A stretch of 62,498 nucleotides of DNA, filler included, from Choristocarpus tenellus KU-1152 (Eukaryota; Protista; Phaeophyceae), in NCBI GenBank assembly GCA_964200185.2. It is 13 parts of 13 records of this genome, joined end to end, with 100 filler letters (N's around TTAATTAATTAA, not from the genome) between each part and the next. Parts side by side here need not be neighbours in the genome. Positions count along the whole stretch, not along the records: positions 1 to 8,620 come from CAXNAD020004524.1; positions 8,721 to 12,132 come from CAXNAD020020216.1; positions 12,233 to 15,718 come from CAXNAD020019699.1; 10 more parts are not named here. One strand, written 5' to 3'. Shown piece by piece: positions 1 to 12,284 of this stretch. Position numbers and translations under genes: made by a program. The first letter of the stretch is position 1, and each line of letters begins with the position of its first letter. The notes under the pieces were generated by a model that had not been told where the DNA came from, did not search any database, and was given only the letters and a program-made list of their open reading frames with translations.

Positions 1-57
1 TGGACAGCCGCCACCCCCTCCCAGATACATATACAGTCATCTCCTCCACCTTGTGTC

Positions 58-1860
58 TTACCACGTAGGCTGTTCGACTAGTTGTTCTCTTCCGTGCCAG
101 AGAAGTTTGTGATGGTCCCACATTCTACTCGTGGAGCCAAGATAGTATCCTGGGTTCAGAGAGTTGTGACTGCCTTCCCGACCCATGCCTCCCACTCCCC
201 CGTTGTGGAGGTGACACAACCCTGTTCCCATCGATTTGTTAGGAACCCTTGTTCCAGACCCCAATTGTACAGTAGTACCCAACCCCAATTGCTCTTCTTC
301 AGCAGTACCCGAGCCCAGTTGCTTCCCCACATTAATGCCTTCCACCATACCCTCCCAAAATAGTCCAGGTTCTTCATCACTAGAATTCCCAGGTGTCATT
401 TCCCCACTCATGGTCACTGGTGAAAATCCTTCCCCCCTCCACAGTTGGCAACCCTGAAGATTGATGTTGGGGGTCATTATGCAGGTTACTATCCCACATA
501 GACTCCCGGCTGATGTCTCTTCTCATCATGAGTCTCCCTGAACGTGGCAGCAGTATCCGGTAAGTATGGGGAGGGTATTGGTTATGAGGTGCAGCGACCA
601 TCACGTAACAAGGTTCATCACGGGATGGAGACTTTGTGGGTAGGTTGTCAATGCGAGCATAACCACAGCTACCCCAAATTCGAAGTTGCGTAACATCGGC
701 AGGAGTCCGTGCCACAATTCCCACGAAGTTACCCAGCCTTCATTTGCGGACGTCGGTGCCATGTTGGTGAGATCGTTGGTGTGTGACATCGCCTTCGCCC
801 ACAAGGTCCCATCATCTTCCAATCTCGTACCATATCGCAATACCAGTGACTTCTCCCACACCAAGGCAATTCTCCTTTCTACGACCCGGTTGTATTGAGG
901 CGCACCGGGCACAGTATGCTCATGTCAAATGCCGTACCTTTCCAGCATCGACTCAAATGCAGTCGCAGTAAATTCCGTCCCACAGTCCGTCCTTACAGCT
1001 TTGATCTCCACCTCAGCAGGCCTTGCCACATCGATCAAGAATCTCTCAAATACAGATAAAGTTGTTTTTCACTCTTGGTTTTAAAGTAATACCCAAACCT
1101 CATTCGAGTGCAGACATCCACCATGAACATCCCATAGTAATGCCCCTTCCACTTACTGGGTTGTTCTTTCAGTCCAGTTAAGTTCACATAAACACACACA
1201 CCCCTTACCGAAGGCCGATTCTCCGTTTCCTTTGGAATTGGATGCCGATGTCCCTTGCCGAGTGAGCAACCTCAATAAAATGTTCCCCACATCCCAGTCA
1301 GTAAAATATCCTGGGCAGAGGCGTATTTCCTCAACATCCCCTGATGAACATGATCTAATCGTACATGCAGTTCATTGACATCCATCGACGCAGTTTTCCG
1401 GGCCCAGTGAATTCTTGGTGTGCCAGAAACAGGTGTTGCATCAGTGGTAGGGACATTAGTAGATTCTGAGCAATTTGTCGCACTCACTCTGTGCATCCCT
1501 AGGGATATAATTCCTCCTTTTCCAATGATGTGAAAGTGAGATTTCGTTCCCCATTGTCCCTAAAAGTTGAGATTCTAGAGGAGTCAACAGACCAGAAACT
1601 GTGACCATCTCGCATGCAAGCCTTGGCAGAATACAAGTCACACCAAGATCAGGCACCACAAGTACATCAGTGAAGACATTATTCTCCAATTTACCACTTA
1701 GAACACATTCCAATTTGATATCCCCCTTTCCCACAATGTCAAGTGTTTCTCCACCTCCAACTACAACTGTTCCATCACAAGATTCCCAATTAAACATGTT
1801 TTTTTTTGTTGCCGTAAAATTATGTGTAGCTTCACTGTCCCAAATTCAAACCTCAACCCA
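58..1860 (-). mobile_element. Degenerate Ty1/Copia pol fragment (protease, GAG-pre-integrase, integrase, linker)
   Basis: Minus-strand translation gives the protease motif V*IWDSEATHNFT (~1810-1850) followed by GTVVVGGGETLDIVGKGDIKL...DVLVVPDLG. Then ELHVRLDHV (GAG-pre-integrase), integrase PGAPQYNRVVERRI...LWAKAMSHTNDLTN, and LRIWGSCGYARI (SH3-like). PR-IN order is Copia-type; there are many stops and frameshifts. Confidence 0.85.
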
Positions 1861-2019
1861 TGAGATACAATATGGTATATACATACAATTTCTTTTGTGT
1901 TGTACCTTTTTCTCTACTAAGAAGAGCTACATTATGATATTTTTTCAAAGATGTGTAATGCGTTTTAAGCTGGAGACTCCAGGGAGATGGGCAAAGAGGG
2001 GCTTGTTAGACTCTTGAGA

Positions 2020-3900
2020 TGCTTCCCAAGCTCTTCACTCTGGATGGTATGCCCTGGATCTGTCTTTCACAGGAGTCGCCCCTTCCTTCAGCTCCACTGG
2101 CATTTGCTCCACCTTGGCAGGCAGGTCACACTCCAAGGATATTTGGAACACATTGATCTGGGTTGCTGTTGTTTGTTGTAGGCGCCCCCAGGCACCCAAG
2201 GGCATCCCGGCCCTTTGTGCCTCCTGTAAGGAGGATTCTTAGGCCAAACCCTGTTTTTTTACTCCTCTGTAGAGTCCATCACGAGCCCAGGGCCTCGTTC
2301 TGGCAGTGTAGAGACGGAGTCGTTGCCTCTGTCCAGATGAGCAGTCCCCATGCTCTCCTTCATCAAACACACGCTAACATTCACACGCTGTGTGGAAGGA
2401 ATATCTTGTTCCAGACAAGCAATGTGCAGTTCTGTCTTCCTTCGGGCCACCTCCTCGAAGGATTGTTTCATGTCAAAGCCTAACACTTCCCACAACGTCC
2501 TGGTGCCCATAATCAATACACCATAATTGCCTGGTACAACTGTCAAGACAATATTTCTCTACCACCACGGGCCCATAGCCAGAGTGGAGTGCCACATTTA
2601 TGGAACATGTCAGGTTCCCGATGGTCTCAGACAGATCATTTTCTATTTTCACCTGGATGGGCTGGTGGAGGGGCTTCGTCCGCGCTGCTGCACCAAAATG
2701 CTGCTGCATTTTCTTGACCACCTGACCCTGGGTCCATCAGGGCCTACATACTGAAAGGTAATTCCATGTGCATGTCGACCCCCACTGGTGTTAAATCTGC
2801 TGTATCGTGTTAGCTCAACCTTTCTGCATCGACCCCTCCCATAGTCTGGGATGCATCCTCATGAGTGCCCTGGATTTTTCGCAGCCCAGTACGGGCTGCA
2901 TAAGGATTGATGTTGGGATCCGGGCTTGGTGGCAGCAGAGTCATCCCATGATCTACATGATCAGGAACCATCTCATTGACCCTCACTGCCCTGCCACTCG
3001 TACTCCCACCACCAGTGCCTTGGGCTGCACCTAGACGGCTTGTTCCTCCCCCTACACTTGAGGGTTGCTGTCTAGTACTCTCAGGTTGTTGTCGTTGCCC
3101 TGGTCCAGATCCCCTCCCAGGGTCTGTACCTCTATCACATTGCCGTGGGTGCCCCTGCCCCTGCTGCTGATGTTGCCGCTCATTCCAGCCTACAACCAGC
3201 AAGCTTCGGCATTGAGCATGTTTATGCCCAGCTTTCCCACATGCATCACAAGTCCCTTGGAACTTGTCCTTCCTCACACTCAATCCTATACTAGGTGTGC
3301 CTCCCCTTGGCTTGCCCATCTTCTCCCCAAACTTTTGCTTCCCCTCTTGGTGTTGGCGACCAGGTTTGCCTTGCTTGATTAGCTTCGCTGTGTATGCCTG
3401 GGCCCTCTCACAAGTCCTCCATTTTTCGGCTTGCTCCTTTACCAGCTCAAAGATCTAGTCTGGATCCTTCTTGAGCTCAGGGTCCCATGTTACATACTTG
3501 GAAATTTCGGCCTTAAACGCAGGGGGTTTGAGCCCTGCAATAAAGGCCTCCGAGAGTACCTTCCCCGGCCCTGCCTTCCAAGCCTCTCCTACTTGTCCAG
3601 TATTCCCTTGGACAGTGTCATCCAGATTGTCATTTCGAGATAGCCCTCCATGTCCTGGATCACTCCCATGACCCGATCAGCAGTGGTCCCTTCAGTTTCC
3701 ATCCGGGCCACCCTTGCAAATCCCTTAAGATTTGCCCAGTGTCGAAGTTTCAGTCTTCGTCATCGACTCGCGCCACCTTCTTGAGCGCTTTTAGGAGTTG
3801 CTCCTCCGTTGCTGCAGCCCAATGCTTTTGAGTTCGCCCCTCACCAGTCCTCGTCTCCGAGCAACGGTTTGGGACTCGGACAGCGTTTGAAGGGCAATTT
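2020..3900 (-). mobile_element. Degenerate Ty3/Gypsy fragment (gag with zinc knuckle, aspartic protease, pre-RT region)
   Basis: CCHC knuckle CDACGKAGHKHAQC (~3208-3249). Retropepsin-like ALMDPGS (~2723-2743) followed by VALHSGYGPVVVE...VLIMGTRTLWEVLGFD. Then NVFQISLECDLPAKVEQMPVELKEGATPVKDRSRAYHPE (~2040-2155), typical of the Gypsy segment just before RT. The 5' boundary is approximate. Confidence 0.75.
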
Positions 3901-5734
3901 TCACACCTCAATTTGAGTGCTGCACCCTAACGTTCATCTCGTATTCCGCTGAGCTGTCAGAAACCCCCTCACCTCCTTCACTGCCAGTCTCTCAACCCGT
4001 GGAGGTTGGATATGCTGTGCAATCTGCAGCTTAGAACAATCGGTCTCACGCAAACCCCCCCAGGCTGCGCCAGGTCCATATCTATCGTTCCTTGACATAT
4101 TGGACCCGTTCAATCTAGTCGCTCTGCTAGTTTCTGCCCTGTAGTGTGCACTCCAAGCTCCAGTAAACTCCCGCCATTACGCGATGGCCTTCCCCAGCCA
4201 ATTCTAGCGCTGCGCTCGATCCTATGGTTAGGTCTCGAGAATTCAATTGATTTATAGACAGTTCGAGCACAGCAACTGATCTATCATGACTTGTAAGCAC
4301 TCCCCCCCATATTGGGGCCTACAGGTCTGTTCTTTGTGTAAGAATGGACCACATATAATCCAAACACCAAATAATGCAAACGCCTCAGTTATTTTAAGAA
4401 ATTCCTCCATGTTGTCTCTACAACATAGAAAACGACCTTTTTGGAAGTTTGAGATCACGGTTATTGAGGGATCGAGTACATGGATGGGCAATAAACCACC
4501 ACAAGCAATGAATAAGCAACACAAGCAGTGTGCATGTGGGCATGTGGTTGGTTGATGGCACAAAAAAAGAGCTCTATGAACAAGTGGCATTCCAGGGAAC
4601 CTGTGATAGCTGAAGGTGTACATCAAGCAAAAGCAGCACCTAAGACAGCCCCAGCAATTGAGGGCACATGCACACTCACTCACCCCTGATTAATGCTGCT
4701 TGTATCGTTGTCTCTCTCATCTTGGGTTGATTACTCGTGATGCGGGTGAACAGTAATTTGATCTATCAGACAACCACGTACTCAATTGTGGAACTTAATT
4801 TTTCTTCTATTGTTCTCTTCTGTGCATATTTTCAGGAATAATACTAGTAGACTGCACATGCCCTATTAACCCCCCTCCACTTGCAGGGAACTCTCAAAAC
4901 AGAATGTCAAATAGTGCATAATATTCCTGTTTACTTAACTTCCCCATCTTAAGAGTTACCATGATGACAATCGCTTGGAGTTTGATGAGTCAGAACAAAA
5001 AAGAAAGCTCAGCATCAAAATAAATAAGTACATAATATACGTAACACGTATTTGAACAAGGTTGGATGACTTTGACTTGGTAGAGTGACAAAAGGAAGAC
5101 AGTGATATCTGTAATATTCAGGCCGTATCCGCTCTCCACTTCTAAACTAAAAACACTTAGAATCTGAAGACAACATGGACATCAACAACAAAAATAGTGT
5201 TGCAGTGTCTGAAATAGGAAGAGTTTGTGACACCAAGGTTTTTCGAGGGGCCTTGTCCATACCCATTGATCGTAATAAAGACTAAAACGCCGCTGGTGAA
5301 ACAGGTACGACGTAAAGCGCATCGTATTGAGCTCTCAGAAGTCTTGTTGAGAACAAATACTCCGTAGTAGCAATGAAGCGCTCCAAAGCCTGATGCACTG
5401 ATGGGCTGCAGGTACAACTAAGGGATCGGGCGACAAGTCCAAATAGATTAAAAAAAAATACTACCATAACAGCATACAATTTTTTGCTAAACAGAAAGAG
5501 TACATAAAACATCCACGAGCCACTCTAATCCACTTGGACACGTGAGGCATGCAAATTCAAGTGATGCAAGCAATGAGGAGAGAAAAAAAGTATGAGAAGA
5601 AGCTGCTAATTGCCAGCGCCAAGGGGGACTGGATCAACATTCAATAATTGCACCAAGAAAACGCTATGGATTAGGAATGCTCGGATAAGTTTTGGTATAT
5701 ATATAGTAAAATTTGTTGTGTGTCTGAATCTAGG

Positions 5735-5918
5735 GACCCAAAGTATCTAGGGGGGGTGGGGGGTCTACACCAAGGTGTCTGTCCATTTGGGCCAAAATCA
5801 GGAAAAGTGCATTTACATTATCCATCCGACGTATGAAACCAAATCACCCAAAAATCGCGACATGAAAAAATTGACCCCAATTGGACAGCAGCCACCCCCC
5901 CCCTAGATACTTTGAGCC
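5735..5918. mobile_element. Complete ~184-bp MITE with CAAAGTATCTAG(G)n terminal inverted repeats
   Basis: GACCCAAAGTATCTAGGGGGGG ... CCCCCCCTAGATACTTTGAGCC, flanked by AGG on both sides (5732-5734 and 5919-5921). The internal sequence is homologous to the reverse complement of 36990-37171. Confidence 0.85.
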
Positions 5919-8620
5919 AGGCGCAACACACACTAGCAACCATCCCGTAAACTACCGGCTCGCAGGAAAATACTGATGCACTATAAAATAAAAAGAAGGT
6001 GAAGATTAATCAGGAAAGAAGGACGCCATCTCTTTTCTACATGAAACTTCCCACCAAACACTTCTACTACAACAGAGTAATGCACTGTGTATCGCAGTGA
6101 AGTAGAGGTTTTCTAGTGCCCATGACAGGACAATCACACCAAAATCTGTACTAGTTGTACGATATAGTTTTGAAACAAAAAAGGCACATAAGGAGAAGGT
6201 TATCTATCCACCCTCCACAAACGGCATCCTCTACAGGGTGAGTCTGAATAGTTTGGTTTCATAAGAGATACGAAAAAATCGCGCACAATCGCAGGGAAAT
6301 ATGCAACGTTCGAACAGCATCTCACCAATGTTCCCATCATGACATCACCAAAATGTTTTTTTAAAGGAATTTATTCAATGATAACGAGCCTACACATGCT
6401 TCATAAGCAGTATTGAAGCTATAGAGAACAAAAGGCAGCATTCACTTCTCAGAAGTACCCAACACAGGTGTAAAGCCAAGTGGTAACGCCAGGGTCTCAA
6501 ATCTCTCATTTAGAAAGAAAGAGCAGCAAACAGGACCAATGCACAACACATTGCCTGCTCTTGAGGCTTAACCTACCAGTAGCAAAACCACTCAGCACAC
6601 GTTTATCATGTCCAAAACCCTCAACACAGTGCTTTCTTCGATCACCCCAAGATGAAGAATTGGGATGGTCGCTGTTAACCTTCTTGCACCTCAACCATAT
6701 GAAGATAAATTCTTCTGGTAACAACAACAAGGCTCAAATACATATTTGTTCTCACTTCGCAAGTAGGTGTCAACAATACCATTGAGAACATCATATACCA
6801 GTTGTAGATGCATCTCTTACTAGTGTACCAATGCATGGCACTCTATTCCACCAGCATTTGATCACAACACAAAGCTGATTGTAGTACCAGGTCAGCAGAC
6901 TGAAAAATCTCGGAAGAGAAAGATCTTTCAATGTATATCCAAAAAAGGCACAGGTGAGGTGCAGCAGATGACAATGGTATCAGAGGATTCCTCGAAAGCT
7001 TCAGTCATATTCTGTAAAGCAGTCTCTACTATAACCTTAGATCTTCTGTCCATTCTTCCATGCTCCTTTATGCATAGCCCTTCCTAGCTCATCAATCAAT
7101 TTTCGCTGGTTGCATTGCAAGCGGGAGCAAGACAAAGCAGCAGCTATTAAAGCACCTCTACTGAATATATATGACTTCATTAACCGCACTTGTGGGAATG
7201 ACGCACGCCTCTCCTGAATTTAAGAACACCAATTTTATCACCTAAAAAGATCACAGACCTACAACATACTATCATCAGGGCGAACAGAAACATTGACACA
7301 TACGATACATTTAGCCACTACTTGAAAATCAGTCAATGTTTTTAGCACAAGGAGTAAGAGAGGCCGAGACACAAAACACTTGCGCACAATGTTGTCTAAA
7401 AAAAGCAATGCATTAGTTGTATAATGTATTTGCACCCTAAAACAGAAGTACTCAATGGGCGAGTACCCTTACATGTCTGTCCATTCTCAGGTACAATCTA
7501 CAGCAGTGCGGGATACCATGTGCTCATATTTTACTGAATGATTTCTGCACACAGCAAATTTTATGCCACCCATGCAACTTATCCTTTTTTCAAACCAAGA
7601 TCAACGACTAAGAAATTGCAAGGGCAATGCTCTGAGGCAGAATGGGCCTGAGGTGAATCTCGACACCTCGCACACACAGGAACATCAAATCAATGCCATT
7701 GCAGGCAAGGATGGGGGGGTGGTAGGGTGGAGAGGGAGGGTCTGATGATTGTACATGGGATGTGATTGTTGAGGTTAGTTTTGTTTTGGTCTGACATTAT
7801 TCTTCTTCTATTTTTGCTGGTATTGACAATTGAGGGTACAGGAGGATACACGTTTGTCGTACCTCCAACTTACGGCCAATCACCCCTAAAACATCAAAAA
7901 TGACAATAGTAATGTACCAGTTGATGTTATTATGTTTAGATCTCTATTGCCATGGTGCATTCATAGTGTAAATTTTCTACCACAGGTTGATATTTAACAC
8001 AACCAATACCTATCAAGCGCTTCACATGTACTCCATATATCCCCCCCCCCCAATATCTTACTCTCAAACTTTCTAACAGGGTAAGTGACATTTTCGCAGT
8101 GGGTGTGTGACCTCATGTCAGTCTTCCTTCAGGCTTGCTACTCGTCAATAGTGGCGTAGTGCTTTACCGCTGTGTCCTACGCCTACACAGAAGGCTTTGG
8201 CATCACCATGGCCTCACAGGTTTGTTGAAACCCTTACTACTCTTGGTGTATTGAGTCAGGGATAAATAAATTGCCTTGTCTCTTTGTTTTGGAAGTTGCG
8301 TGGGGGTAGCTGGGGTGAGGTATGATCGGTGGAGGAAAAAACGATGTCCATTATTTTTGTAAATTGAAAATCATGAAGATCGTGGTGGATATCTCTCATG
8401 TCTGATTCTGATCAAAGACCCTCAGTTTAGTTTTAGATGTTCACCTCCAAATAGGCCAATGCACACCATCACTGAATATATTCCGACACTCTTTCAATGC
8501 AAACACTAATGATATTTGTTTACAATGGTATGCATGCAGCGACTTGTTTTTCGCTTTGCAGGTTATTCCTGCCCCGTCCCCCCCACACCCCCTGGGGCCT
8601 AGGTCAAAGTATCTGGGGGG

Positions 8621-8720
8621 NNNNNNNNNNNNNNNNNNNNNNNNNNNNNNNNNNNNNNNNNNNNTTAATTAATTAANNNNNNNNNNNNNNNNNNNNNNNN
8701 NNNNNNNNNNNNNNNNNNNN
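8621..8720. other. Artificial contig-joining spacer (44 N + TTAATTAATTAA + 44 N); first of 12 identical spacers
   Basis: Identical 100-nt spacer with stops in all six frames at 8621-8720, 12133-12232, 15719-15818, 21238-21337, 26575-26674, 33588-33687, 38669-38768, 41812-41911, 46042-46141, 49837-49936, 54266-54365 and 59264-59363. Confidence 0.98.
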
Positions 8721-8805
8721 CACTCCAAAATCGCGACATTGAAAAATGGGTCCCAAATGGACAGCCATCACAACCCCCCCCCCCCCCCCCCAGTTACTTT
8801 GAGCC
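8721..8805. mobile_element. Partial MITE (right half) at contig start
   Basis: CAAAATCGCGACAT...CCCAAATGGACAGC...(C)n CAGTTACTTTGAGCC matches ~5850-5918. Other isolated ends lie at 1-28, 8601-8620, 15819-15839, 38645-38668, ~44610-44655 and 59364-59388. Confidence 0.8.
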
Positions 8806-10245
8806 CAAGTTTGATCTCCGTTTTGCGAGTGACTTCCCCTTGAAATTGATTCAGTGAAGGCAATGGAAAAGGAAGGCGTGTTCAGACGAATAGAATTGCC
8901 TGTATATCTGACAAATTTACTCACACAACGTTGAAATCACAAGAGGGGTGACGCTGCCCCCCCAAAGCATGCCTGACATACCCCCTCTAAGATACTACGG
9001 ATCTAACAATGGAGGAGAGGTTTTGCCACCAGGGGGTAGCTCTAACAAAATTTGTGAAGCCAGTAACTCAAGAGAAAAAAAAAAAAGGGACAAAGAAGAA
9101 CAACATACAAAAATTAAAAAAAATAAGTTCCATTCGTTTTTGACCTGGTTCCAGGAGCTCTCACTGCTTCTCCCTAGAGAATGTATTTTCGACCGAAAAG
9201 GTAATGCCTCCCCCCTGAGCTATCAGACCTCCTTGCATTAGGCGACCTCAGGGCGTATTTTCAAGACTCCCGATCCTCTCCCATCCTCTCCCATAGTTGA
9301 GGTGGATTGGTTGAAGATGATAGAAAACTGACGGAGGTGACGCTCTCCGTCAACCCAGCGCTTTTACTTACCCAGTGCACCTGCTCCATTGATCTGGACT
9401 ATAATCTCGGTTTGATTTTGAGTCTGTTTTTGCTGTCCACGAGGCACGGTTTCACTTCTCGATTCTTTGAAGATTTGTTTTTATGCCTTTGTTCGTTTGG
9501 AACCCTGCTCGCTGTGTAGATATATTTAAAAAAAAAATAGCAATATTTTTTTTATCCCCACCCCTGGCGGAATCTCTCTGACATTTTTCTTTTTGATGCA
9601 AGCGATTTTGTACACGGTTAGGGTTAGGGTTACTACATTCTACAAAACAACAATATTTTCAAAATGCTTACATGAGTTGTACAGCAAACTGGTGCTAGGG
9701 TTAGGGTTTAACTACTCCCAGTACATGATATAAAAGAAATAAAAATCAAGGAGTCGAGAGAGGCTTCTGAAAAATTAAATATTAGCAAGCCAGCTTTCAT
9801 TCCCAATTGCCATTGCCCCTTTTCATTTCCCTCTCTCTGTGTGAATCTGATTTGCCGATATCGTATCTGATCGGGGCTTTTGATAATATAAGAACACTCT
9901 TTGGGGGAACGAACGATGCTTGATCATGGTCACAAGCCCCCCCCCCCCGACTACAGCCCAAGCACACGACTTCTCTTTTGTCATATTTGGAGCATCTTCT
10001 TACAGCACAGCCCCCATTCACCTGAAGTGACCCCTGTCGCGCTTGAGAGATATGGATAGGGAAATTATGACGGAAAAAGAGATTCCCCCCCCCCCCCCCC
10101 CTCCCCCTCAAAAAAAAAAGGGGGATAACTTCCTTCCTCGTCGAAACTTGTGGCGAAGGTGTAGATCCTAGGCAGTGGAAGATCGAGAATCGGTATGGAA
10201 TCACCTGTGTCATAAAAAACGGACCCAATTTAATAGGAACGTTGC

Positions 10246-10585
10246 TATGCAAAAGAGAGCTATTCTAATAGAGTCTTTGCTTTGTGTGGTATGTATATAT
10301 GTATTAGCGGAGTGAGCACTACCCTGGAGGTGAGGGGGGTGCTCTCCCTTGTTATCTAATGCATATGTCAGCAAACACGTCAGAATTATGTTTGTGACAG
10401 TTACACTACGTCAGCCACTTATATTAAATAGAAATAAGAAATCTATCCATCAAGACTCTAATCTGTTACTCTAAACACACGGAAACAAGTGCTTGACACT
10501 TACTTCACTCAGTCAATACTTCTGTTATATAGTACTGGTCACTAAACACATAACATCGTATAGACTACCTAGCTTATATTGCACA
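10246..10585 (-). repeat. 3' LTR of Copia family A (340 bp)
   Basis: Ends TATGCAAAAGAG ... TATATTGCACA. Adjacent polypurine tract (reverse complement GGGGGAG, 10586-10592) lies directly after RNase H. Homologous to 29618-29990 and 31126-31475. Confidence 0.88.
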
Positions 10586-12060
10586 CTCCCCCATGAGCGT
10601 GCAGAAAAGTTGCTGACTAAAAAGTTGCTCACTCTCGACGTGAAAGCATGGAATGCACAAAATCAGAGATAAGATTCTTACGTAAATACTTGGTTAACAC
10701 ATGAGCCAATTGCTTGCGTGTTGGAATATATTCAATGCGAAATATTCCTTGATCTACATACTCTCTTGTACACTTTAACTTCATGCCCACATGCTTGGTC
10801 CTTCCATTGAATCCTGTGATGCTTCCCGCTTGAATAGCACCACGGTTGTCACAGAACCAGGGAGTCTGGTCCTGTAGTATACCGACCTCCCCCAGAATGC
10901 CTCTAATAAAAATGCAGTGACGCATGCCATATACTATCGCTGTTCAATCTGCCTCCAAGCTGGAGAGGGTGACTGCGCCTTGAAGTTTGGAGCGCCAGGC
11001 AATCGGCGACCCGTTGGATAATAATACGTACCCTGTAACACTTCTGCGTGTTAGTGAGTCAGTGCCCCAGTCAGAGTCCCCATACCCCACCAGGAGTTCT
11101 TCACCTCTCTCGTTCATATCTTTGTCCCCTAGATCATAGTGAATGCAGACATCCAATGTCCCTGCTACGTAGCGCAGTACGTGTTGCAGCCCGCGTCAGT
11201 GTCGCATGCATGGAGATGCTGCCCTGCATCCCAGTTCACGAACGCTGTTAGCCAGGTCCGGTCGAGTCATGCCTGTGAAAAATATGAGTTGGCCTAGGAT
11301 ACTGGCATAGGGGTATATGGAACGATTTAGTTCCTCTTCGTGGTCTTGTCTGGCAGAGAGGTCCATCCCAGGGTCCAGTGGTGTAGATGTCTCTCGTACT
11401 TCTATGGAGCCCATCCCGGCCATGACAATGCTTTTAGCATACATCTGTTGGTCCAAGGTGATGCCATCCTCACCCACAGTCACATTCTTGGCCAGGAATG
11501 CCCACGATGAGCCCTGGCGATCAGCCTTGTCTCCGCCTCTGCCACCACTGCTCTTTGCCTGACCCTTTTTCCTTTTATCTGCCTGGAACTGGACCCTCAG
11601 CATCAAGAAGGCTCCCTTCTCCGCTAAATAGATTTTGGCTGCCGTCTTGTTAGGTTTGATGTAACTCCTCCTGATCCCAGAGTCTAAAACTCATCTCCCT
11701 TGCGCCGCAAGGAGCCTGTGCTAACTAATAAGTCTGCATGGCAGACCTGGTACCCAGAGTACGTCCTGGAGTACAATCTTAGTCGACAAGTCAGTCTCGT
11801 TGGTTGCCTCCAGGACCATCTCACCAATAGCTCGCGCGTTCAATGTACCTTTGTTGCCAAATGTGAAGGTGCGTTTTATGGCTGTGGCTGCAGTGACGTC
11901 CTGCAGTCGAGGGGTAAGGTGTACGTTTGCACCTGAGTCGCAAAGTAGGCTAATGGTCTTGGACATATCTTGAGATGAGGACAGGAGCGCTGCCTCGACC
12001 AGCCTGTTGTATACATCCTCCCCCACAGACACATTCATGGCCAAGAATGCCCACAATGTG
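10586..12060 (-). mobile_element. Rearranged, internally deleted Copia family A (protease, gag-end duplicate, RT C-terminus, RNase H)
   Basis: Protease LLCDSGANVH...DVLWVPGLPCRLIS (11721-12056). RT thumb YASILGQLIFFTGMTRPDLANSVRELG. RNase H GYGDSDWGTD...RRSVTGY...WRSKLQGAVTLSS and CDNRGAIQ...RTKHV. Integrase and the RT core are missing. Confidence 0.9.
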
Positions 12061-12239
12061 CCCTGGTGATCAGCCTTGTCTCCACCTCTGCCGCAAGGAG
12101 CAGTGGTGGCAGAGGTGGAGACAAGGCTGATCNNNNNNNNNNNNNNNNNNNNNNNNNNNNNNNNNNNNNNNNNNNNTTAATTAATTAANNNNNNNNNNNN
12201 NNNNNNNNNNNNNNNNNNNNNNNNNNNNNNNNCGGGCGG

Positions 12240-12284
<45 letters not shown>

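Noticed and set aside
6450-6500. DPGVTT on the minus strand, resembling the Fanzor/TnpB RuvC-I motif DPG
   Set aside because: Bounded by stops within ~15 codons, with no RuvC-II, zinc finger or RuvC-III recognisable; likely chance.
8665-8676. Recurrent TTAATTAATTAA motif as a biological repeat, CRISPR or piggyBac site
   Set aside because: Always centred in 44+44 Ns; it is an artificial concatenation spacer.
8601-8805. One MITE spanning the first spacer, implying the contigs are truly adjacent
   Set aside because: Flanking triplets (CCT vs CAA) do not form a TSD; most likely two different copies.
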